64,000 nucleotides of DNA, from the NCBI GenBank assembly GCA_963664705.1, contig OY761556.1, forward strand, positions 3,840,001 through 3,904,000, given 5' to 3'. The stretch comes from Acidobacteriota bacterium. Its GTDB lineage: Bacteria; Acidobacteriota; UBA6911. The notes below the pieces were generated by a model. It was not told the DNA's origin, did not search any database, and was given only the letters and a program-made list of their open reading frames with translations. Positions 56,501-64,000 of the stretch are shown here, one piece after another (position 1 is the stretch's first letter; each line of letters starts with the position of its first letter). The position numbers and the translations under genes are program-made.

Positions 56501-57379
56501 ATGTTGCCAAAGGAAGTAATTAACAGAATCAGGCGGATACAAATAACTACCAATCGCCTTGTGAATGAGTCCCTGGCGGGCGAATACCATTCTGTCTTCA
56601 AAGGTCGCGGAATGGAATTCGATGAAGTCCGGGAATACCAGCATGGCGACGACATCCGATCCATTGACTGGAATGTCACATCGAGAACTGGCCGTCCTTT
56701 CGTAAAACGCTACGTGGAGGAACGCGAACTGACGGTCATGCTGCTGGTCGATATGAGCGCGTCGGGCGCTTTTGGCTCGGTGGACAAAACCAAATCGGAA
56801 ATCGCTGCCGAGATTTCCGCCTTGATCGCTTTCTCAGCCATAAAAAACAACGATCGCGTGGGGGCTATTCTTTTTACAGATCGAGTGGAGAAGTTTATCC
56901 CTCCGCGCCGGGGCAGCACTCATGTACTGCGTGTGGTGCGAGAAGTGCTCTTTTACAGACCAGAGCACAGGGGCACGCAAATCCAGGAAGCGTTTGATCA
57001 TCTGAACCTCGTGATTCACAAGCGCTCAGTGGTATTCCTGATTTCCGATCTGCTCGATCAGGGATTTGAGCAATCCCTGAAAGTCGCCAACAGAAAACAT
57101 GACGTCGTTATCATTCAAATTATCGATCCCAGGGAAAAAGAGCTGCCCGACGCGGGCATTGTCGAACTAAGAGATGCCGAGACCGGGGAAATCGCCTGCA
57201 TTGATACTTCCCTGCCCTGGGTACGCAGCGCTTTCCGGGAAAATTGGGAGAAAAATCAGGGAAGGCTTTTTAAGCTCTTCAACTCCCATCAAATGGATCA
57301 TGTCACTATAGAAACGGGCAAGCCTTACGACGTTTCATTAATCCGATTTTTTAAGGAGCGGGCTCAAAAGGCCAGGTGA
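56501..57379 (+). CDS. DUF58 domain protein
   Basis: GRGMEFDEVREY..GDD.R.IDWNV, EERE and DMSAS motifs. Confidence 0.93.
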   Translation: MLPKEVINRIRRIQITTNRLVNESLAGEYHSVFKGRGMEFDEVREYQHGDDIRSIDWNVTSRTGRPFVKRYVEERELTVMLLVDMSASGAFGSVDKTKSEIAAEISALIAFSAIKNNDRVGAILFTDRVEKFIPPRRGSTHVLRVVREVLFYRPEHRGTQIQEAFDHLNLVIHKRSVVFLISDLLDQGFEQSLKVANRKHDVVIIQIIDPREKELPDAGIVELRDAETGEIACIDTSLPWVRSAFRENWEKNQGRLFKLFNSHQMDHVTIETGKPYDVSLIRFFKERAQKAR

Positions 57380-57428
57380 TTTCGTGCTGCATCAGCGATG
57401 GTCGGAACTCAACACAGAGGCTTTATTG

Positions 57429-58451
57429 ATGGGGCGGCTGCTGATACTGGCAATTTTGTTCTTTGCACCAGCAGCCTGGACTGCGGAGCCGCAAATTCCC
57501 GATCAATCCCGGTCCGCTCTTCCTCCGGGACTAACGATTCAAATCAAGGCTTCCCCGCAGCCGGCTACCGTGGGAGACGCGATCCCGCTGGAAATGGACA
57601 TCTCCATGCCGTCGGGCTACCAGGCTGAAAAGCCCGTTCTCGGAAAACAATTGGGCGATTTCACCATCCTGGGATTTGAAACAGAACCCTCAACGCAAAA
57701 GCAGGGCACGACGGGCGAGTCAGCCCATTACAAGGCTCGTATTACCGCTGCCGCCTACCGGACGGGGATGCTGGAATTCCCGTCTGTTCAAGTACAGGTC
57801 CGCTCACCCGAAGGCAAATTCCTCACGATAGACAGCACGCCGGTCAGAATAACTATTCGAAGTGTTTTATCTGAAAAGGATCGGAATCTGAGCGAACTGA
57901 AAAAGCAGGCAGAGATGCCGGAACCTGTCCGCTGGGGATTATGGATCGGCATTATCGTCGCCCTGGGGATTTTGTCCGCCCTGATCTGGGTTCTCTGGAA
58001 GCGGCGCAGGAAGAAATTGCCCACCATCCCGACACTGCCGCCGAAGGATATACTCGATATAGCCGAAAGCGAGTTGCGCGCATTAATGGAAGAAGGGAGA
58101 CCGACTGGAGCGCGCGTAAAACCTTATTATGTACGCCTGTCTAACATTGCGAAAACCATGCTCGAAGCCGGCTACCGCATTCATGCTTCGGAACAAACGA
58201 CTTCGGAAATCATGGAGGTCCTGAACTCCCTGCCGGAGAGTAAAGCTGAGGATCTGCAAAAGGTTGAGACCCTTTTGCAGCACTGCGACCTTGTTAAATT
58301 CGCAAAGTATGTGCCCACGGATCAGGAACACGACACCACAATAAACGAAACTCAAGGCATTCTGAAGCTATGCAGGTATCTGGTCGCCGGCAGACAGGTA
58401 CCGCCCGTCAATGAAACTCAACCCATGCTCAAGGAAGCAAAGGAGACATAG
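57429..58451 (+). CDS. Bat-operon membrane protein (BatD-like N-domain, TM, helical C-domain)
   Basis: Signal peptide, TM helix followed by KRRRKK, EQTTSE and DLVKFAK; typical operon position. Confidence 0.8.
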   Translation: MGRLLILAILFFAPAAWTAEPQIPDQSRSALPPGLTIQIKASPQPATVGDAIPLEMDISMPSGYQAEKPVLGKQLGDFTILGFETEPSTQKQGTTGESAHYKARITAAAYRTGMLEFPSVQVQVRSPEGKFLTIDSTPVRITIRSVLSEKDRNLSELKKQAEMPEPVRWGLWIGIIVALGILSALIWVLWKRRRKKLPTIPTLPPKDILDIAESELRALMEEGRPTGARVKPYYVRLSNIAKTMLEAGYRIHASEQTTSEIMEVLNSLPESKAEDLQKVETLLQHCDLVKFAKYVPTDQEHDTTINETQGILKLCRYLVAGRQVPPVNETQPMLKEAKET

Positions 58452-59443
58452 TGCTGCATTTGGCAAATCCCGGCTTCCTGTGGCTGCTTCTCCTGATCCC
58501 GCTCCTTGTGTATATGTACGCCCGGCGTGTACGAAACGGCCAGGGCAGTCTTCAATTTGCATCCACGCTGGCACTTGAAGGGACAAAATCGTCCTGGTCA
58601 ATTTATGTACGGCACATCCTGTTCGGGATGAATATGCTTGCTCTGGTTCTGGCGATCATCGCAATGACCCGCCCGCAAAGGGGCACTCAATCCGAGGAGG
58701 TCCTCACCGAAGGCGTCGATATCATTGTCGCGCTTGATGCATCCGGCAGCATGGCAGCCGAGGATTTTGAACCACACAACCGTTTTTTTGTCGCCAAATC
58801 CGTCGTCAATAAATTTGTCGAGGGCTTGCAGCATGACAGGATAGGTCTCGTGGTTTTTGCCGCCAAAGCCTTTACGCGCTGCCCCCTGACGATAGACTAC
58901 GGTGTTCTGCATAGCGTACTTGATAATGCAGAGTTGGGTTCCATCGAGGATGGAACGGCCATCGGAACTGCACTGGCAACCGGCCTCAATCGCCTGCGCA
59001 ACAGCAAGTCCAAATCCAAGGTGATTATCCTTGTTACCGATGGTGTGAATAACCGGGGCGAAGTGCAGCCGCTTGATGCAGCCAACATGGCCCGCGCGCT
59101 TGGCGTCAAAGTCTACACGGTAGGGGTTGGATCTTCCGGAACCGCGAGAATCCCCGTAAATGACCCGGTGTACGGTAGGATCTATGCAAACATGCAAGTG
59201 GAAATCGATGAAGCCTCGCTCAAACAGATCGCCCAAATGACCGGGGGACTTTATTATCGGGCCACCGACAGGCCCTCACTCGAAAAAATTTTCGAAGACA
59301 TATCACGGCTGGAAAAAACTAAAATCAAGGTAAAAAGCTACACGCATTATAACGAACGGTTTGCCGGCCTTCTCTGGCCCGCATTGATGCTTGTTTTGTT
59401 TGGAACCATTGCCGGCTTTACCCGGTTCGGGAAAATACCTTAA
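58451..59443 (+). CDS. batA: VWA domain protein BatA
   Basis: DASGS MIDAS, PLT.D, GTAIG and TDG motifs. Confidence 0.9.
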   Translation: MLHLANPGFLWLLLLIPLLVYMYARRVRNGQGSLQFASTLALEGTKSSWSIYVRHILFGMNMLALVLAIIAMTRPQRGTQSEEVLTEGVDIIVALDASGSMAAEDFEPHNRFFVAKSVVNKFVEGLQHDRIGLVVFAAKAFTRCPLTIDYGVLHSVLDNAELGSIEDGTAIGTALATGLNRLRNSKSKSKVIILVTDGVNNRGEVQPLDAANMARALGVKVYTVGVGSSGTARIPVNDPVYGRIYANMQVEIDEASLKQIAQMTGGLYYRATDRPSLEKIFEDISRLEKTKIKVKSYTHYNERFAGLLWPALMLVLFGTIAGFTRFGKIP

Positions 59444-59455
59444 AGGCAGTGCGTG

Positions 59456-59491
59456 GTGGTCAGCCGGCAGTCTCCCCTGCCGGCTGACCAC
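59456..59491. repeat. Heptamer-type hairpin at the batA/batB junction
   Basis: GTGGTCAGCCGGCAG-TCTCCC-CTGCCGGCTGACCAC perfect 15-bp IR with degenerate heptamer flanks. Confidence 0.8.
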
Positions 59492-59509
59492 TGCCGATTG
59501 ACTACTGAT

Positions 59510-60550
59510 ATGCAATTTGCCAGACCTGAATATCTGAATCTGTTATGGGCCATTCCAGCGCTTGGCGTTTTTTTCTATTGGGCATTCCGCATGCGTCGAC
59601 GCAAGCTTGAGAAGATAGTAAGCAGCGTACTGGCTCCCAGGCTTACGGATCAGCACAGTCAGGGAAAGGCTGTTTTGAGAGCGTGTTTCCTGCTCGGGTT
59701 CTTCCTGTTTGGAATTCTCGCTGCGGCGCGTCCGCAATGGGGTACGCGGCTTGAAACCGTGCACCGACATGGCGTTGATCTCATCGCGGCACTTGATACT
59801 TCCTATAGCATGAATACGGAGGATGTGGCACCCAACCGTATGGAAAAGAGCAAAGGCGAGATTCGCCACCTCCTTCGAAAGCTGGAAGGGGACCGCGTCG
59901 GGCTTGTCACGTTTGCAGGGGCGGCAATAGTACAGTGTCCTTTAACTCTGGACCAGGGAGCGATGGAATTATTTCTCGACGTGGCAAATGCGGGAGTGAT
60001 TCCCGAGCCAGGGACCTCGCTGGCCTCCGCGATTGAAACGGCGACCTCTGCATTCATTGAAAAGGAAAGAAAGTACAAGGTGCTGGTTCTGTTCACGGAT
60101 GGGGAAGATCTGGAAGGACAGGTCGAGCAGGCCATCCGGAAAGCCCGGGAGGCAGGCGTCGTTATCTATACGGTAGGGATCGGAACACCTCAAGGCAAGC
60201 CGATCCCGATTCGAGACTCCAAAGGGGATATTGTAGAATACCGAAAGGATCCCGGTGGCAAAGTTGTGGTAAGCAGCCTTGACGAGAGATCGCTCGCCGA
60301 AATCGCATCGCAGACAGGCGGGCGTTATTTCCGGGCGACCACTTCAGAAAATGAAATAGACGCGCTGGCCTCCGACATCGGCGGACTGGAGAAAAAAGAG
60401 CTGGAATCAAAGCTGTTTCAGAATTACGAGGACAAGTTTCAGTATCCATTGGCAGTTGCCATTCTTTTCCTGATAGGAGAAGCCTGGCTCACCGAAAAGC
60501 GCCGGTCCGGAAGATCGTGGATTGGCAGACTCAGGCAGCTTCATTCATGA
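59510..60550 (+). CDS. batB: VWA domain protein BatB
   Basis: ARPQWG, DTSYS MIDAS and TDGED motifs; start taken at ATG 59510. Confidence 0.9.
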   Translation: MQFARPEYLNLLWAIPALGVFFYWAFRMRRRKLEKIVSSVLAPRLTDQHSQGKAVLRACFLLGFFLFGILAAARPQWGTRLETVHRHGVDLIAALDTSYSMNTEDVAPNRMEKSKGEIRHLLRKLEGDRVGLVTFAGAAIVQCPLTLDQGAMELFLDVANAGVIPEPGTSLASAIETATSAFIEKERKYKVLVLFTDGEDLEGQVEQAIRKAREAGVVIYTVGIGTPQGKPIPIRDSKGDIVEYRKDPGGKVVVSSLDERSLAEIASQTGGRYFRATTSENEIDALASDIGGLEKKELESKLFQNYEDKFQYPLAVAILFLIGEAWLTEKRRSGRSWIGRLRQLHS

Positions 60551-61293
60551 AAGTATCTGGATTCATGACAAAAGTTTATCTGCTCATGGCATGGACCATC
60601 CTTTGGGCTTTCGCGCCTGATTGCATGGCAGAATCGCCTGCGGCCAGGAACAACAAAGGGAATCGCCTGTTTGACAAGGGCAAATATGAGGACGCCGAAA
60701 AGGCATATCTTTCAGCGCAGGGAGACGCCCCCGGCCAGCCTGAAATACTTTACAACCTTGGGAATTCGTTGATCAAACAGAAGAAGTGGAAGGAAGGAGA
60801 GCAGATACTCGGACAGGCGATTCACAAAGGAGACAAGACAGTCCAGGAAAAGAGCTGGTATAACACGGGCAATGCCCTGTTCTCAGCGGACGATTTCAAG
60901 GGCGCGTCCGACGCCTATATACAAGCGCTGAAGCTGAATCCCTCTGATGCAGATGCAAAACATAACCTGGAATTGGCACTGCTGAAGTTGCAGCAACAGG
61001 AGCAGCAGCAATCGGATAAAAACCAGAAGCAGAACTCATCAAAATCAAACAGAGATAAATCTTCAGACAACAGGGACTCGCAAAAAACGCCGCAGCAGAA
61101 GCAAAATCCCGGGGGGACGCAACAGGCTCAAAATCAGCCCCAGCAGTCCGGTGAATCCGCTCGGCACAACGAACCCATCAGCAAAGATCAGGCCATGCAG
61201 TTGCTGGACGCAGTTCAGAATCAGGAAAAAGAGGAGCAACGCAAAATGCTTGAGCGCCGGGCTACGGCGAGGGCAGGCGGCAAAGACTGGTAA
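60547..61293 (+). CDS. batC: TPR protein BatC
   Basis: YNLGN and YNTGN TPRs, Gln-rich linker, C-terminal KDW. Confidence 0.88.
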   Translation: MKVSGFMTKVYLLMAWTILWAFAPDCMAESPAARNNKGNRLFDKGKYEDAEKAYLSAQGDAPGQPEILYNLGNSLIKQKKWKEGEQILGQAIHKGDKTVQEKSWYNTGNALFSADDFKGASDAYIQALKLNPSDADAKHNLELALLKLQQQEQQQSDKNQKQNSSKSNRDKSSDNRDSQKTPQQKQNPGGTQQAQNQPQQSGESARHNEPISKDQAMQLLDAVQNQEKEEQRKMLERRATARAGGKDW

Positions 61294-61343
61294 AACTAAT
61301 CGAGGATTGCAGATTGCGGATGGCAGAGTTGAATAATCTGAAT

Positions 61344-63200
61344 ATGAAACGACTCCCGGTTGTTATTGGAATCTTCCTGGCTCTTGCAGGATTCGCCTAT
61401 GCGCAGGACACACAAGTAACGGCATCTATTGGCAGCGATTCCGTCGGCGTTCAGGATCAGTTCCAGCTTTCGATTACAGTTTCGGGAAAAGACAGTGGAG
61501 ATGCGGAAGCCCCCAGGTTTACATCCCTGAAAGAATTCCGGATCGTTTCCGGCCCTAACGTGAGTTCGCAATTCCAATGGATCAACGGCAGGACCAACAG
61601 CAGCAAAAGCTTCATCTACATTCTGATTCCGGAAAAAGAGGGGCAATTCACCATAGATCCGGTTGAGGTTCGGGTCGGCGGAAAGGTTTATAAAACTCAA
61701 CCGCTTCCGATCCGCGTAACCTCGGCCACTCCTCGCAGCGCCCCCCAACAGCGACAGCGCACGCCGGCTCCGCTGAATCCATTCGATCCGTTTGGCGAAG
61801 ATGAGGATATTGCACCCAGCCGACCCGCCGCCGATACCGTTCTGATGAAAGCCGAGCTTGATCGCAACTCTGCATACCCCGGGCAGCAGGTCACCCTGTC
61901 CTACCGTCTATACACTCAAGTCGGAATCAGCGGGATCCAACTCCAGGAAAATCCGCCGCTATCGGGATTCTGGGTCGAGGATCTCGAAGTTGAAAAGAAT
62001 CCCAAGGGTTCGCACCAGGTGATTAACGGGCGTGAGTACGTGGTTTTCACGATAAAAAAGCAAGCCCTGTTCGCAAACGGTTCCGGCAAACTGAGGATAC
62101 CCTCCAGCATCTTTGCAATATCCGCTCAGGCTGGAGGAAGCGTCTTTGGAGTATTCAGCCGTCCGGAAACACTGTATCGCAAGACTCAGGAACTGCAGTT
62201 GGACGTCAAGCCGTTCCCTTCCTCCGGGCGGCCAGCCGATTTCAACAATGCAGTGGGGTCCTATAGACTGAGCAGCAGTGTCGATAAGAATCAAGTTGCG
62301 ACCGGAGAGGCGATTGCCCTGCAGGTGAAGTTGGAGGGCCAGGGCAATTTGAAGATGATCCCGGACATTTCGCTCCCTGGATTACCCGACCTGACTGTCT
62401 ATTCTTCGAAGCACACCGATAACATGCATCCCTCGGCGGAAGACCAGATTGGGGGAAGCAAGACATGGGAATACGTATTGGTGCCTAAAGCTCCGGGCCG
62501 GCAGACTATTCCCGAAATTGCCTTCTCCTTTTTCAATCCACAACAGGAAAAGTATGAAACCGTCAGGACTGCAGCCATCGATCTCACTGTGGCGCGCGGA
62601 ACAGAAAACACTATTTCCGGCTTATCCGGAAGCGACAAGCAGGATCTGGTTCGAAGAGGGACAGACATTAACTTCATAAAGCTGAATGCCGACATCCTGC
62701 CACGGGAAGGAACGCCCTTTCATCGCAGCTATTGGATGTTCATTCTTGCAGCCATCCCTCTGGCAGTCAATGCAGGGCTGATCATCAATCAGAAAAGGCA
62801 ATCCCGGTTTTTGCTGGATTCCGCATCCTTCCGGAACCGCAGGGCCAGGCGTATGGCCCTGCAGCGATTGGGGGACGCAGGCAAAGACGCCCAAGAAGAT
62901 CCGCGGCGATTTTATGATGTAGCAGCCGCCGCCCTATCCGGTTATATCTCGGACAGGTTCAGCCTGACCGAAATCGATCTGACCGGCGACAACCTTGAAC
63001 GATCGCTTGCTCAGAAATCCATACCTCCCGGCACCATTCAGGAAACGATGGCTTGTCTGCAGGAATGCGACTTTGGGCGCTTCGTCAGTGCTTCCGCTTC
63101 CGAGGAAAAAATTCGGGAACTGATGGCGCGAATCCGCGCCAATGTTGATGACCTGGAAAGGAATAGCACTTCTACTTCTACATCACGGTTGAGAGCATGA
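61344..63200 (+). CDS. batD: BatD oxygen-tolerance family protein
   Basis: Signal peptide, WING, FNNAVG, GQGNL and FSFFNP motifs. Confidence 0.88.
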   Translation: MKRLPVVIGIFLALAGFAYAQDTQVTASIGSDSVGVQDQFQLSITVSGKDSGDAEAPRFTSLKEFRIVSGPNVSSQFQWINGRTNSSKSFIYILIPEKEGQFTIDPVEVRVGGKVYKTQPLPIRVTSATPRSAPQQRQRTPAPLNPFDPFGEDEDIAPSRPAADTVLMKAELDRNSAYPGQQVTLSYRLYTQVGISGIQLQENPPLSGFWVEDLEVEKNPKGSHQVINGREYVVFTIKKQALFANGSGKLRIPSSIFAISAQAGGSVFGVFSRPETLYRKTQELQLDVKPFPSSGRPADFNNAVGSYRLSSSVDKNQVATGEAIALQVKLEGQGNLKMIPDISLPGLPDLTVYSSKHTDNMHPSAEDQIGGSKTWEYVLVPKAPGRQTIPEIAFSFFNPQQEKYETVRTAAIDLTVARGTENTISGLSGSDKQDLVRRGTDINFIKLNADILPREGTPFHRSYWMFILAAIPLAVNAGLIINQKRQSRFLLDSASFRNRRARRMALQRLGDAGKDAQEDPRRFYDVAAAALSGYISDRFSLTEIDLTGDNLERSLAQKSIPPGTIQETMACLQECDFGRFVSASASEEKIRELMARIRANVDDLERNSTSTSTSRLRA

Positions 63201-63973
63201 AAACAGGCAGAGTATTTCTGGTTGGCTGGTTGTTGATTTTCCCATGTTTATGGTCAGGCTACGGGTCTTCAGCCGAAGATGCTTTGGCCAGGCTGTACGC
63301 CCAGGGCAATTCGGCATACCAGAAGAGCGACTATGCGGCGGCAGAGCAGTACTACCTTCAGATATTGAATGCGGGCGCGGAAAATGGCGCCGTTTATTAC
63401 AATCTTGGCAATGCCTGCTTTAAACAGAAGAAATTGGGAAATGCCATTTACTATTGGGAAAAGGCGCAGCAACTGAATCCGGCCGACCGTGATGTGCGGG
63501 AGAATCTGCAGCTTGCCAACCTGATGATTGTGGACCGAATCGAAACTCCTCCGGATCCGCTTCCCTTTCGATTTTTGGCCTCAATACAAGACATCCTATC
63601 CATCCGGCAGCAAAGCTGGCTCGTTCTTGCATTGTTTATGGGCGCCAATCTCTTCTTTACACTCTACCTGACGCTGAAATCTCGGAATGCCGAGCGGGCG
63701 GTTATCGCTTCCTTGGTTTTCGGAATTCTCTTCATTCTTTTCGCAGGTTCACTGGCATGGAAGGTCTACCAAAGGGATTATTCCAGGCGGGCAATTGTAA
63801 TTGAACAAAAAGCAGATGTCCGAAGCGGACCAGGCCAGGAAAACATATCGGTCTTCACAATCCATGAGGGGATTAAGGTCCGTGTGCTCGGGGCAGCAGG
63901 CGGGTGGTATCAGGTCAGCCTTCCCAACGGCTGGAACGGATGGCTCCCGCAGAATTACCTGCGAATTCTCTAA
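63197..63973 (+). CDS. batE: TPR + SH3b protein BatE
   Basis: YYNLGNA TPR, two TM helices, RSGPG...IHEG...GWL. Confidence 0.88.
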   Translation: MKTGRVFLVGWLLIFPCLWSGYGSSAEDALARLYAQGNSAYQKSDYAAAEQYYLQILNAGAENGAVYYNLGNACFKQKKLGNAIYYWEKAQQLNPADRDVRENLQLANLMIVDRIETPPDPLPFRFLASIQDILSIRQQSWLVLALFMGANLFFTLYLTLKSRNAERAVIASLVFGILFILFAGSLAWKVYQRDYSRRAIVIEQKADVRSGPGQENISVFTIHEGIKVRVLGAAGGWYQVSLPNGWNGWLPQNYLRIL

Positions 63974-64000
63974 AACACAAAACACGCGAAAAGGAGCTAA

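Noticed and set aside
55342-63973. moxR-bat operon as a novel system
   Set aside because: Matches the described MoxR-DUF58-BatABCDE arrangement; only its junction repeats are unusual

Overview
A gene-dense, moderately GC-rich bacterial chromosomal window. The gene complement suggests an anaerobic or microaerobic Acidobacteriota- or Desulfobacterota-like organism (inference only). In order it holds: the tail of a his operon (hisH partial, hisB, hisC, hisD), an Xaa-Pro peptidase, dinB, an acyl-CoA carboxyltransferase, feoB with a DtxR-FeoA regulator, a Cu(I) P1B-ATPase, a REC-HD-GYP regulator, a ParB-like + SplB-like radical SAM pair, an Ald-like gene with a CoA-transferase, cytochrome c peroxidase, a gluzincin lipoprotein, ALDH7, a DUF72-imuB-dnaE2 mutagenesis cassette, hom, an ECF sigma/anti-sigma/signal peptidase module, lipid and amino-acid metabolism genes, a Dps-like ferritin, a beta-propeller GGDEF, an RpoH-like sigma, trmJ, a stand-alone LigD-PE domain, rho and a moxR-bat operon. 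No rRNA, tRNA, CRISPR array or intact transposase was recognised. The main unexplained structure is a dispersed family of 7-mer and 9-mer tandem-repeat arms, often in inverted pairs, at about a dozen gene junctions. One pair still encloses a decayed GxxExxY-nuclease-like remnant, suggesting a repeat-bounded mobile cassette system and its empty derivatives. Other highlights are a DUF72-led mutasome with an 11-bp tandem operator inside a leaderless promoter, the ParB-SplB pair, a candidate multi-branched ncRNA, a duplicated ECF promoter and a 44-aa membrane sORF missing from the ORF track. All family calls come from motif recognition by eye, not database searches.
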